Shown piece by piece: positions 1 through 9,249 of a DNA stretch of 35,866 nt. Position 1 is the first letter of the stretch. Each line of letters begins with the position of its first letter. A program made the position numbers and the translations under genes. The notes under the pieces are model-generated. The model ran no database searches, was not told the origin of the DNA, and was given only the letters and a program-made list of their open reading frames with translations. Source of the DNA: Kiloniellaceae bacterium (lineage in GTDB: Bacteria; Pseudomonadota; Alphaproteobacteria; Kiloniellales; Kiloniellaceae); assembly GCA_028280915.1 (NCBI GenBank), contig JANQKX010000147.1, forward strand, positions 1 to 35,866, in the 5' to 3' direction.

Positions 1-1
1 C

Positions 2-382
2 GGCGGTTCGCCCGATCGCGCCCCGAGCGAGACCGATCCCGGCACCAACGCGGTGATCGCCCGCACGGCGGCGGGGGTCGAGCTGCTGGAGGCCGCGGCG
101 CGGGACGGTGCCGTCACCATCGAATATGACCAAACCCCCGACGACATGAGCTTTTATCAGCTCCACCAAATGCGTAAAAAATACGCGGTTTGGCCCCGGC
201 TTCAGGGCCTGGCGGATGAGGGCCGTTTTAGGCCGAATTACGAGGGTCTGCGCCTTCAGGAACTGGCGTCTGAAATGCCCGACGCGGTAAATGCGCGGCA
301 ACGGGAGGGAACCCGCCGGCGGGTGCGTGACGGCAAGGTGAATGAAGGGACACCCCGCCCCGGGAAGACCCTGTCATCATGA
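2..382 (+). CDS. 3' end of a gene entering from the left edge; weak resemblance to the C-terminal region of FrhB/FdhB-type (coenzyme F420 hydrogenase/dehydrogenase beta-subunit-like) proteins
   Basis: Frame 2 is open from position 2. There is no stop before the GTG at 53 that the ORF track uses. The frame ends at TGA 380-382. The segment ...DPGTNAVIARTAAGVELLEAAARDGAVTIE... resembles the end of FrhB_FdhB_C domains. Family call is by eye only. Confidence 0.35.
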   Translation, partial: GGSPDRAPSETDPGTNAVIARTAAGVELLEAAARDGAVTIEYDQTPDDMSFYQLHQMRKKYAVWPRLQGLADEGRFRPNYEGLRLQELASEMPDAVNARQREGTRRRVRDGKVNEGTPRPGKTLSS

Positions 383-1021
383 AGGTCGTCGATGTGTTTT
401 GGTCTCACCAGAGCCCTTACTGTTACTTCGCGCCGGGTCGCCGGCCACTAAAAGCGCGGCGGCGAGGAGCTTTCGCGTGTCGTCGAACACGGCGGGCTTT
501 TCGCCCCGCCAACGCCCATAGAGGCGATGGGGCGAGGGGCTTCCTTGTTCTAGGGCGGCCAGGGCCTCGCCGGTTTCGGTGGCGAAGCGAGCCATGCGGG
601 TGCGCATGTTTTCCTGATAGGTATCCCAATGGCGCGCTTCCATGCGCAGATGGAAGAGGGAACTGCGCGCCCGCCGGGCAATGGTCATCCCGGTGATCCA
701 CGGCACGGTCCCGGCCCAGATCCGCCGTGCCTCGGCGTAACGGCGGCGTGCCCGCTTTTCCCGCCCGGCCAGGCGGTCCATCGCGGCCTGGTTGGCCAGC
801 GAGGTGGCGCGCCGGGGGTCATCCCGGGCGATGCAAAAGTAGGCGAGCCAAGCGGCCCGACGGAAACAGGCGGCCGCGGCCCGGTGGTCATCCGCCAACA
901 GATGGGCGTTCCCTGCTTCCTGCAAGCCTTCCCAGGTCAGGTCGGCCAGGTGCCAGCCCGCCTTGCGGGCCATTGCCCGTTGAGTTCTGCGGTCAGACGC
1001 CGAGGTAGGCGGCGCGGACAT
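377..1021 (-). CDS. Hypothetical protein, Arg/Ala-rich, no recognisable domain. Start uncertain: ATG 1021 overlaps livF by 29 nt; ATG 973 lies 19 nt after the livF stop.
   Basis: This is the only long minus-strand frame downstream of livF. The track ORF (377..1222) runs far into livF, so the real start must be internal (MSAPPTSAS... at 1021 or MARKAGWHL... at 973). Its 3' end overlaps the convergent gene by 6 nt. Confidence 0.4.
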   Translation of the reverse strand: MSAPPTSASDRRTQRAMARKAGWHLADLTWEGLQEAGNAHLLADDHRAAAACFRRAAWLAYFCIARDDPRRATSLANQAAMDRLAGREKRARRRYAEARRIWAGTVPWITGMTIARRARSSLFHLRMEARHWDTYQENMRTRMARFATETGEALAALEQGSPSPHRLYGRWRGEKPAVFDDTRKLLAAALLVAGDPARSNSKGSGETKTHRRPS

Positions 1022-1700
1022 GGTCGTTGTCGTGAAGTTCATCGGCCGGTCCTTCCAAGGCCAGATTTCCGGTCTCAAGCACATAGGCGTAGGTTGCCAG
1101 GCCCAACGCCAATTCAGCATTCTGTTCGACCAGAATAACGGTGATGCCCTGGGCATTGATGGTCTCAATGATCCGGGCGATTTCTTCCACGATGATCGGG
1201 GCCAGGCCCATGGAGGGCTCATCCATCAGCAAAAGCTTGGGCTTGGCCATCAGGGCGCGGCCAATCGCCAACATCTGCTGTTCGCCGCCGGACATGGTCT
1301 TGGCCAGTTGCCGGCGGCGTTCCTTGAGCCGGGGGAAGTGATCAAAGCAGGATTCCAGATCGGCCTCGATCCCTTTTTTGTCCTTGCGCAGAAAGGCGCC
1401 GGTTCGCAGGTTTTCCTCCACCGTGAGATCGGGAAAGATGCGCCGTCCTTCCGGGACATGGGCAATGCCTTCGCCGACGATGCGGTGGGCGGCCAACTTG
1501 TCGATGCGTTTGCCGTTGAAGCTGATTTCCCCGCTGCGCAAACTGGCAAGGCCGGACAAAGCTCTAAGGGTGGTGGACTTGCCGGCCCCATTCGCCCCAA
1601 TGATGGTGACCACGCTGCCCTCGGGCACGGACATGGAAATGTTGCGGATGGCGGAAACCTTGCCGTAGTTTACCGAGGCGTCTTTCATCTCAAGCAACAT
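993..1700 (-). CDS. livF: Branched-chain amino-acid ABC transporter ATP-binding protein (LivF type)
   Basis: Walker A GANGAGKST, signature MSGGEQQML, Walker B LLLMDEPS. The N-terminus MLLEMKDASVNYGKVSAI is LivF-like. It is the last gene in livKHMGF order. Confidence 0.9.
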   Translation of the reverse strand: MLLEMKDASVNYGKVSAIRNISMSVPEGSVVTIIGANGAGKSTTLRALSGLASLRSGEISFNGKRIDKLAAHRIVGEGIAHVPEGRRIFPDLTVEENLRTGAFLRKDKKGIEADLESCFDHFPRLKERRRQLAKTMSGGEQQMLAIGRALMAKPKLLLMDEPSMGLAPIIVEEIARIIETINAQGITVILVEQNAELALGLATYAYVLETGNLALEGPADELHDNDHVRAAYLGV

Positions 1701-2460
1701 GCCGGGCGCCCCCCAAATAGGCCTCGATCACGTCCGGGTGGTTGCGGATCTCTTCCGGCCCGCCCTCGGCCAGGAACTTGCCAAAGCTCATCACCGTGAT
1801 CTGGTCGCATAGTCCCATGATGGCGTGCATGTCATGCTCCACCAAAAGAATGGTGGCCCCGGAATCCCGGAGCTTTTCCATCAGGGTCATCATATGTTTT
1901 GTCTCTTCCGGGTTCATACCCGTGAAGGGCTCGTCGAGCAGGAATACATCCGGGTGGGCCGCCATGGCCACGGCCATGCCCAGTGCTCGTTGGTGTCCGT
2001 GGGACAACTCGCCGGCGGGCTCGTTTTCGAAATCCAGCAGACCAAAAAACTCCAGGGCTTCCTCGGCGCGCGCCTTGGCACCGCGGCGATCCTCCATGTC
2101 CACGCCCAAAATTGCCGCGAATATATTGGGCCTGAATGACATGTGGGTGCCGACCAGCGCATTTTCCAAAACGGTAAGTTCGGCAAAAAGCGTCGAATGC
2201 TGGAACGTTCTGACGACGCCCCGCCGTGCCACCTCGTGCATGGGCAGGCCCGAGATCGCCTCGCCACGCAGCCGGACTTGACCGCTGGTCGGGCGGTAAA
2301 AGCCGGATATCATGTTGAAAGTTGTGGTCTTGCCAGCGCCGTTGGGGCCGATGAGGCCGTGAATGGCGCCGTGGTCAACCACGAAGCTGAGACCGTCCAC
2401 GGCCGTCAGGCCGCCGAAGCGCATGACCAGGTTATCGACTTCGAGAAAATGGCTGGTCAT
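1690..2460 (-). CDS. livG: Branched-chain amino-acid ABC transporter ATP-binding protein (LivG type)
   Basis: LEVDNLVMRFGGLTAVDG, Walker A GPNGAGKTT, Walker B FLLDEP. ATG at 2460 forms an ATGA overlap with the livM stop (2457-2459). The 33 upstream codons in the track ORF are probably not translated. Confidence 0.9.
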   Translation of the reverse strand: MTSHFLEVDNLVMRFGGLTAVDGLSFVVDHGAIHGLIGPNGAGKTTTFNMISGFYRPTSGQVRLRGEAISGLPMHEVARRGVVRTFQHSTLFAELTVLENALVGTHMSFRPNIFAAILGVDMEDRRGAKARAEEALEFFGLLDFENEPAGELSHGHQRALGMAVAMAAHPDVFLLDEPFTGMNPEETKHMMTLMEKLRDSGATILLVEHDMHAIMGLCDQITVMSFGKFLAEGGPEEIRNHPDVIEAYLGGARHVA

Positions 2461-3464
2461 GCGGCGGACCCTTTCTCTGCCATGGCCTTGCCGTTGCGGC
2501 GGCGCAGGTAGTTCTGGACCACGCTTTCCAGACCCTTGGGCAGGAATAGGACGGAGCAAATCAGGATCAGGCCATAGATCAAAGGCCGCATCTGCTCAAA
2601 GCCAAGCTCGCGCAACACCACCTCGTTGAGGATGGACAGGACCACACATCCCAATATGGGGCCGTAAAAAGTGGCGGTGCCGCCCACGATCGCCCAGGTA
2701 AGGACAAACACCATCAGTTCGACGTCGAAGCTGTTGGGGTTGATGGTGCCGATGTAGTGCGCCAGTAAGGCACCTGCCAATCCGGCAAATCCGGACGCGA
2801 TCACGAAGGCCAGGGTGCGATAGGCGCGCACGTTGACGCCGGCGGACTGGGCAAGCTTGTCTTGCCAGTGGACGGCGTGAAAGGTCAGGCCCACCGGTGA
2901 ACGTTCGATCCGCCACAAAATCCACAACGATCCGCCCACCACGACCAAGGCGAAATAGTAGTAACTGACCGGCTCGAAAAAATCGAAGCTGTAAAAGCCG
3001 ATATCGAAATCGGGCATGGGATTGATCTTTTTGATGCCCTTAGGGCCGCCAAAAGGATCGCGGAAGCGCTTCCACAAAAGACGGATGATCTCACCGGCGG
3101 CAAAGGACCCGATCAGGAAATAAAAGCCCTTCATGCGAAACAGGGGATAGCTCAGGGCCAGGGCGATTAAGGCCGCGGTGACGGCGCCCAACAACATGGA
3201 CACGGGCACAAAAACACCGAGCTGCTTGGCGTAAAGAGCCGATGCATAGGCGCCCACGCCCATGATCACCACATGCCCCAGCGACCACTCGCCGGTCAGG
3301 GTCATCAAGCGATAAGAGGCCACCAACAGCACGTTGATGGTCAAAAAGACCAAGATTTCCTGTTGGGAAAAACTCAGGCCGTGGGGCAGGGCCAGCAAGA
3401 ATACGATCAGGCCGAGCCAGGCAATGCTTAAGGTCGCGGCTTTAGGCACGGTCCGCAGTCCCAA
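2457..3464 (-). CDS. livM: Branched-chain amino-acid ABC transporter permease (LivM type)
   Basis: Polytopic hydrophobic 335-aa protein in the livM position. Overlaps livH by 23 nt. Confidence 0.88.
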   Translation of the reverse strand: MGLRTVPKAATLSIAWLGLIVFLLALPHGLSFSQQEILVFLTINVLLVASYRLMTLTGEWSLGHVVIMGVGAYASALYAKQLGVFVPVSMLLGAVTAALIALALSYPLFRMKGFYFLIGSFAAGEIIRLLWKRFRDPFGGPKGIKKINPMPDFDIGFYSFDFFEPVSYYYFALVVVGGSLWILWRIERSPVGLTFHAVHWQDKLAQSAGVNVRAYRTLAFVIASGFAGLAGALLAHYIGTINPNSFDVELMVFVLTWAIVGGTATFYGPILGCVVLSILNEVVLRELGFEQMRPLIYGLILICSVLFLPKGLESVVQNYLRRRNGKAMAEKGSAA

Positions 3465-4311
3465 ACAATCCGGTGGGCTTGACGATCAATACCACCAGCA
3501 TGAGCGACAGGCCCACGATATCGGCGATGACCCCGTCATAGAAGGTCGTGACGAAAGTGTGGACCAAAGAATAGGCCACCGCCGCAACCACCGCACCTTC
3601 CAGGGAGCCGACGCCGCCCACGATGATCACGATGAAGGCGGCGACGATGACCGAGTGGCCCATATGGGGATTCACGGAAACCATCGGGGCCGTCAGGGCC
3701 CCGGCCACGCCGGCCAGGCCGGCGCCGATGAACATGGCAATGCGCGAGGTCTGATTGATGGAGATGCCCTGGAGCGCCGCCGCTTCGGGGTCTTGCGCGC
3801 TGGCCCGCAAGGCCCAGCCAAACTGAGTCTTTTTCAGGAAGGCCCAAAGCGCGGTCAATAGCACCACGGCGGCGATGATTACGTAAAGGCGCGGCACCGC
3901 AAGATGAACTTTATCGGAAAAGCTGATCACCTGTTGGGTGACCGGTGGGACATGTTCCATGCGCACCCCAAAGCCCATGGCCGCCAGAGCCTGAAGCACC
4001 ATCAAAAATCCGATGGATGCAACAAGCCCGCCAAGCGGATTGTCCCGCAAGGGGCGGAACAACGCGCGTTCCATACCAAGCCCTACCAATCCGACAAAAA
4101 CCAAGCCAATCGCGATGGCGAAAAAGAATGAGAGCTGTAAATCGGCGTAAAACACCACGACCCCATAGGCGCCGAGCATAAACAGCTCGCCATGGGCGAA
4201 GTTAATCACACCCATGACGCCGAATATCAGCACGAGACCAACCGCCACCAGCGACAGGTAGCTGGCGGCGTAGAGCGCATTCAAGGCGGTTTGTGCGAGC
4301 AACTCGCCCAT
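3442..4311 (-). CDS. livH: Branched-chain amino-acid ABC transporter permease (LivH type)
   Basis: 289-aa polytopic protein with the typical LivH N-terminus (LLAQTALNALYAASYLSLVAVGLVLIFGVMGVINFAHGE). Confidence 0.9.
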   Translation of the reverse strand: MGELLAQTALNALYAASYLSLVAVGLVLIFGVMGVINFAHGELFMLGAYGVVVFYADLQLSFFFAIAIGLVFVGLVGLGMERALFRPLRDNPLGGLVASIGFLMVLQALAAMGFGVRMEHVPPVTQQVISFSDKVHLAVPRLYVIIAAVVLLTALWAFLKKTQFGWALRASAQDPEAAALQGISINQTSRIAMFIGAGLAGVAGALTAPMVSVNPHMGHSVIVAAFIVIIVGGVGSLEGAVVAAVAYSLVHTFVTTFYDGVIADIVGLSLMLVVLIVKPTGLFGTADRA

Positions 4312-4417
4312 GAAATCTTCCCCTGATTTAATGAAGACGGGGCCGGACTAGTATAGCCGGGCCGGCGGAGAACGCCACGCTGCCAAGGGCCGGATGGCAT
4401 TCTCCTTATTCCGGTAT

Positions 4418-5710
4418 CTAGCCGCGCTGATCCCACATCTGGCCATAATCGGCCATGTGTTTCTTCAACAGGTCGCCGTGTTTGGCATACCAGTCGGGAA
4501 TGGACCTGAATTCCTTGATCTTGGCTTTGCCGCCCTCGATCACCACCACCGGCCAGTTACCGACCAAGGCGTTGTCGATACCAAACAGGTCTTCGCCCCA
4601 CCAGTCGGCGGTGCCAAAGGCGTGTTTGCCCTTGCCGCCTTCTTTCATGGCCGCCAATACGGCGTCGGGTTCGGCCGATCCGGCCTTCTCGGCCGCGTCT
4701 TTCCACAGATCCATGATCGAAGCATACTCCCAGGACACCGCCCCCCATTCTCCGGGGTGCCGCTTGTTGTATTCGGCAAAAAAGCCGTTGGGATCCTGGA
4801 AGTTGATGTTGTCGGCGTTGAGCGCGGGATCGTCGAAGTCAGGGAATTGGAAGATAAAGCCTTCCATGAAGTCGACCGAGGTTTTGGCCATCATTTGGTC
4901 ATAGAAGTCAGCCGTGCAAGAGATAATCTGACCCTTGTAGCCCTGCTGGAACAGTTGCTCCACGATGGGATGGACGTAATCCGAATAGCAGGTATCCAGG
5001 CAGACGATCTGCGGATCCTTGGCGATCAGCTTGGTGACCACCGGCGCAAAATCCGTCGTGGCGGGGTCGAACAGCAAGGGCGGCTCCACCATTTCGATAC
5101 CGGCGGCTTCGAAGGCGGCCAGGTAGGTTGCCACGGAGGGCAGACCCAAAGCATCGTCCTGGGCGCAAATCACGGCCGTCTTGAGGTCTGGCTTGTTTTC
5201 GGCCAACCATTCGACGCCGGTCACGTTATAGATGGGATGCACCTCGGCGGGGGCCAGCAAGGTATGAGTGTCGGGTGACAGATCCGACGGCAGCAGGGTC
5301 GAAAACAGCATGCCCGTTTTGTCGGCCACGGGCTGGGCACCGGGCCAGGTGTCCCCGCCCAGCATCATGACGAACTTGACGTCATCCTCGCGAATCAGCT
5401 TGGTGGCACCGGTTCGTGCCTTGGCCGGATCGTATTCGTTGTCATAACCAATAAACTCGACCATGTAGTCGCCATCGGCCAGCTTGACCCCGCCGGCGGC
5501 ATTGATCTGTTCGGCCCAGATGATACAGCCGTCCAATCCCGGCTTGCCCCAGGCGGCGACCGGGCCGGTCAGCGGGGCCAAGAAACCGATCTTGATCACC
5601 TTGTCTTCGGCCAGCACCCGTGTGCTGAGACCCGTGGCCGCGATTGCCGCCGCGGACTGGGTCAAAAAACGCCGACGTGTGACGCTATCTTTCAGAAATT
5701 TAATGATCAT
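4418..5710 (-). CDS. Periplasmic substrate-binding protein of the Leu/Ile/Val (amide/urea) type-1 PBP family, with a twin-arginine signal peptide
   Basis: N-terminus ...SVTRRRFLTQSAAAIAATGLSTRVLA followed by KIGFLAPLTGPVAAWG, typical of LivK/Peripla_BP_6 proteins. First gene of the liv-type operon. RBS GGGAGGA upstream. Confidence 0.85.
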   Translation of the reverse strand: MIIKFLKDSVTRRRFLTQSAAAIAATGLSTRVLAEDKVIKIGFLAPLTGPVAAWGKPGLDGCIIWAEQINAAGGVKLADGDYMVEFIGYDNEYDPAKARTGATKLIREDDVKFVMMLGGDTWPGAQPVADKTGMLFSTLLPSDLSPDTHTLLAPAEVHPIYNVTGVEWLAENKPDLKTAVICAQDDALGLPSVATYLAAFEAAGIEMVEPPLLFDPATTDFAPVVTKLIAKDPQIVCLDTCYSDYVHPIVEQLFQQGYKGQIISCTADFYDQMMAKTSVDFMEGFIFQFPDFDDPALNADNINFQDPNGFFAEYNKRHPGEWGAVSWEYASIMDLWKDAAEKAGSAEPDAVLAAMKEGGKGKHAFGTADWWGEDLFGIDNALVGNWPVVVIEGGKAKIKEFRSIPDWYAKHGDLLKKHMADYGQMWDQRG

Positions 5711-6339
5711 GGTGTCCTCCCTGAGAGTTGCGAATTTGCTTTGTCTGTCCGACTCAGGCGTTCCTCGAAATGCGCCCTTTTAATGAACATACCAATCTAG
5801 ACCAATTTTTCATGTTTGGTCACATGGCTATGGCGCCATTTTTAGGGTCAAAGTTATTCCAAGTCAATCTATCTTTCAAAAATTATGCCTTAAAATTTAA
5901 TTTATTTATTTTAAACTATAAAAAATAGAAATTGGTTCTCGCGATTTACCACTCAAACCGAAATTTAGATCCTTTTTGAGGGGACCAATTTTAGTACCAA
6001 AATCATCTAAAAATATATTTTATATTTATTATTCTTGTTTTGAGTGCATTTTCATAATGCTGGCTATTAGGTTTTGAGACCTCGCGGTTCCCGCAAGAGC
6101 TTTGGCCAACCAATCCTCGCAACAGGTTACCTGTGATGGATTTGAGCTGTTTCTTCGTCCCTACGCGAACCGTGGGGAGGGGCTCTGGTCTGTAGATCAG
6201 GTCTATAAGTGAGCAGCGCGAATCTCAGGCCAATTGGATCGTAAGACGATTCCAATGATTTGAAATCCGCCCAAACGGCCCTGGTGCCTGCGGCAGACTG
6301 GCGGGACTTAGTGAAAATGAAGAGGCCACTCCCGGACAA

Positions 6340-7143
6340 TCATTCCTGATTGGATTTCTGCAAGAGGTAAACCGACAAGACAATCAAAACCAGGGAGGCG
6401 AGAATGATGATCGTGCCGATGGCGTTGATTTCCGGCGTGATGCCCCGGCGCAGGGTGGAATAGATGTACATGGGCAGGGTGTTGTCGCGGCCGGTCAGAA
6501 AGAAGGTGACCGGGATCTCATCGAAGGAGAGAGTAAAGGACAGCAAGGCGCTGCCGATCATGGCGGAGCGGATGTTGGGAAGTGTCACCAAAAAGAAGGT
6601 CTGCCAGGGCCGGGCGCCCAGATCGCTGGAGGCTTCTTCCAGGCGCCGGTTAAAGCGCTGCAGCCGGGCATAGACTTGGGTCACCACGATGGAGACCAAG
6701 GCGGTGGCATGGCCCAGGATGACGGTTTCCAAGCTGAGGTTAAAGCCAATCAGGCGAAACAGGTTGAGCATGGAGATGCCGGTGATGATCCCCGGCAAGG
6801 CGATGGGCAGCAGAATAAGGCGGCGAAACAGTGTTTTGCCGGGAAAGCTGATGCGATCCAGGGTAAAGGCGGCGGCCGTGCCGATGATCAGGGTCACTAC
6901 GGTCGCCGTGGTGGCCACATAAAAGCTGTTGCCGATGGCCTCCATCATGTCCTGATTGTTGAAGGCCTTCACGTACCAGTCCAATGTGAAGCCCTTGAAC
7001 GGCAGGGTGAGGGAGCGGTTGTCGTTGAAGCTGAAAGCAATCAGGACCACCACCGGCACGTAGAGAAACAGCATGGCCCCGGCCGCGGCCAAGCCGATTA
7101 GATTGTCTCCGATCTTTTCCTGGGCATGGACTGTTGAGGCCAT
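6340..7143 (-). CDS. Polyamine-type ABC transporter permease (PotC/PotI-like)
   Basis: 267-aa 6-TM protein with an EAA-loop-like SDLGARPWQTFFLVTLP motif. Last gene of the PotDABC-like set. Confidence 0.85.
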   Translation of the reverse strand: MASTVHAQEKIGDNLIGLAAAGAMLFLYVPVVVLIAFSFNDNRSLTLPFKGFTLDWYVKAFNNQDMMEAIGNSFYVATTATVVTLIIGTAAAFTLDRISFPGKTLFRRLILLPIALPGIITGISMLNLFRLIGFNLSLETVILGHATALVSIVVTQVYARLQRFNRRLEEASSDLGARPWQTFFLVTLPNIRSAMIGSALLSFTLSFDEIPVTFFLTGRDNTLPMYIYSTLRRGITPEINAIGTIIILASLVLIVLSVYLLQKSNQE

Positions 7144-7170
7144 TTTTTGCCGCTCCCGTCTCGGCCGTTT

Positions 7171-8040
7171 TTAGTTCAAGTCAATCCGGCCCGCCCGTTC
7201 GAGCCGGTCGGAGACCGAGATGATCGTCAAGACGATGATCAACATGATGATGGAAAGGGCGGCGCCCAAGGGCCAATTCAGCGCCGCGCCGAACTGGCTT
7301 TGAATAATGGTCGCGATCATCGCACCGTTGGGTCCGCCGACTAAAAAGGGCGCGACAAAATCACCGAAGGTCAGGCAGATGGTGAAGGTGGCGCCGGCAA
7401 TGACCCCCGGCATGGAAAGGGGCAGGGTGACGTGCCAGAAGGTCCGCAAAGGTCCCACCCCCAGGTCCTTGGAGGCTTCGATCATGCTTCTTGGAATTTT
7501 CTCCAAGGAGGCGTAGAGGGGCATGACCATGAAGGGCACGAAGATATAGGTCAAGGTCACGACCATAGAGAACTGGTTATACAAAAAGATGTCCGTGGGC
7601 TGGCTGAGGATGCCGCTCCAGACCAGGAAGGAATTCAAGATGCCCTCGTTGCCCAGGATCGTTTTCCAGGTATAGGCCCGCAACAGATAAGATACCCACA
7701 GGGGCACGATGACCGCCATGTAAAGGATCGACCGCAGGCGCGCACTTTTGACCTTGAACACCAGGAAATAGGTCAGGGGATAGGCGATCAAAAACGAGCA
7801 GACCGCCACGGTCAGGGCGATCTTGGCCGTGCGCAAGAGGACCTGATAGTACTGTGGATCGGAAATGATCGTCAGGTAATTGACGAACTCGAAGGCCGGC
7901 ACGAAGGTTGGGAATTTCTTTAGGTAAAAGCTATAGGTGAACATCACCAAATAGGGAATGAACAAAAAGACCAGCGTCCACATCAGGGGGGCCGAGACGA
8001 TGGCGGTGGCCGTCAACTGCCGTCTGGTCGTTTCTCTCAT
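7171..8040 (-). CDS. Polyamine-type ABC transporter permease (PotB/PotH-like)
   Basis: 289-aa polytopic protein with EAA loop EASKDLGVGPLRTFWHVTLP. Overlaps the upstream ATPase gene by 4 nt. Confidence 0.85.
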   Translation of the reverse strand: MRETTRRQLTATAIVSAPLMWTLVFLFIPYLVMFTYSFYLKKFPTFVPAFEFVNYLTIISDPQYYQVLLRTAKIALTVAVCSFLIAYPLTYFLVFKVKSARLRSILYMAVIVPLWVSYLLRAYTWKTILGNEGILNSFLVWSGILSQPTDIFLYNQFSMVVTLTYIFVPFMVMPLYASLEKIPRSMIEASKDLGVGPLRTFWHVTLPLSMPGVIAGATFTICLTFGDFVAPFLVGGPNGAMIATIIQSQFGAALNWPLGAALSIIMLIIVLTIISVSDRLERAGRIDLN

Positions 8041-9149
8041 GAGGCAAAAGCCCCATCGTCCGGGAAGACGGATACCGTGGCCGGGTCGATGGCCAGGCGG
8101 ACCCTGCTGCCCGGCGCGGCCAGATTGGCTTGGTCCAAGGCGGTCCTCAATTGTAAATCGACGACGAAGGGCTCGCCCTCGCCCATATCGATTTCCATGC
8201 GGCAGGTGCTGCCGTGAAACAGATTGTCCAAAACCGTCCCCGAAAGCAAGGAAGCGCTGCCGGCCTCTTCTTCTTCGACAAGTAGCTGCACTTTTTCAGG
8301 GCGCACGGTCATGAGGACCAAGTCACCGACCGAGATGCCGTTTTGCCGGGCCAGGCCCGATACCTCGGTCCCCAGGACCTTGACGCGGACCTGGCGGCCT
8401 TGAATGTCCACCACCCTGCCGCGCAGCTTGTTGGAGTTGCCGATGAAGTCGGCCACATAAGCCGACGCCGGCTGATCGTAGAGCTCCGACGGCGTGCCCG
8501 ACTGCACGATCTTGCCCTGGTCCATCACCACGACCCGGTCGGACATAACCAGTGCCTCCCGCTGATCGTGGGTGACAAAGACAAAAGTCAGGCCCAGCTG
8601 TTCATGCAGGTGTTTGATTTCCACCTGCATGGCTTCCCGCAGTTTGGCGTCGAGGGCCGATAAAGGTTCGTCCAAGAGCAGGACCTTGGGCTGGCGAACC
8701 AAGGCGCGGGCCAAGGCGACACGCTGCTTTTGACCCCCGGACAGCATGGCCGGACGGTCGGCGGCTTTGTCAAGCAGGCCCACGCGCACCAAGGCATCCT
8801 TGACCTTGGGGCCGACCTCCGACTTCGGCACGCCCGCCACCCGCAGGCCGTAGCCCACGTTTTCCTGAATGGTCATGTGGGGGAACAAGGCATAGTCCTG
8901 AAAGACCGTATTCACCTGCCGGTGATAGGGCGGCAGATCGGTCACGTCCTCGCCGGCCAGCATAATGCGACCCCGTGTGGGGATCTCGAAGCCGGCGATC
9001 ATACGCAATGTGGTTGTCTTGCCGCAGCCCGACGGTCCCAAGAGGGTGACAAACTCTCCTTCTTCCACCGCCAGGGAAAGATCGTCGACGGCCGTTACCT
9101 TGCCGCCATAGGTCTTGGTCACGTTTTGTATCTCGACGATCGCGCTCAT
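8037..9149 (-). CDS. Polyamine-type ABC transporter ATP-binding protein (PotA/PotG-like)
   Basis: Walker A GPSGCGKTT, signature LSGGQKQRVALARAL, Walker B LLLDEPLSALD, and a C-terminal TOBE-like domain. ATG 9149 (MSAIVEIQNVTK) is preferred over the TTG at 9197 used by the track. Confidence 0.9.
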   Translation of the reverse strand: MSAIVEIQNVTKTYGGKVTAVDDLSLAVEEGEFVTLLGPSGCGKTTTLRMIAGFEIPTRGRIMLAGEDVTDLPPYHRQVNTVFQDYALFPHMTIQENVGYGLRVAGVPKSEVGPKVKDALVRVGLLDKAADRPAMLSGGQKQRVALARALVRQPKVLLLDEPLSALDAKLREAMQVEIKHLHEQLGLTFVFVTHDQREALVMSDRVVVMDQGKIVQSGTPSELYDQPASAYVADFIGNSNKLRGRVVDIQGRQVRVKVLGTEVSGLARQNGISVGDLVLMTVRPEKVQLLVEEEEAGSASLLSGTVLDNLFHGSTCRMEIDMGEGEPFVVDLQLRTALDQANLAAPGSRVRLAIDPATVSVFPDDGAFAS

Positions 9150-9198
9150 AGGGTCCCCGAAAGTCCCATTTTCGAAACTTGTCTGTTGAATGAACAAT

Positions 9199-9229
9199 CC
9201 ACCCGGGAGAGACGGCCTCGCCCGGGTGG
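9199..9229 (-). terminator. Intra-operon stem-loop just downstream of the binding-protein gene (attenuator or mRNA-stabilising hairpin)
   Basis: Perfect 9-bp inverted repeat CCACCCGGG-N13-CCCGGGTGG, lying between the PotD-like stop (9250) and the PotA-like start (9149). Confidence 0.45.
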
Positions 9230-9249
9230 ATGACTGGTCATGGTTCGAC

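Noticed and set aside
1020-1799. 259-aa plus-strand ORF. Similar long antisense ORFs occur at 4394..5278, 9190..10125, 10592..11425, 11888..12682, 12796..13461, 17105..17848, 21892..22722, 28158..28964, 29803..30558 and 30983..31888.
   Set aside because: Each one overlaps, on the opposite strand, a gene with strong family motifs. All show the Gly/Arg/Pro/His-rich composition expected from antisense reading of GC-rich coding DNA.
6127-6339. 70-aa minus-strand ORF immediately after the potC-like stop
   Set aside because: It has a TTG start abutting the upstream stop, no RBS and no domain features. I treat the region as non-coding (see the spacer finding).
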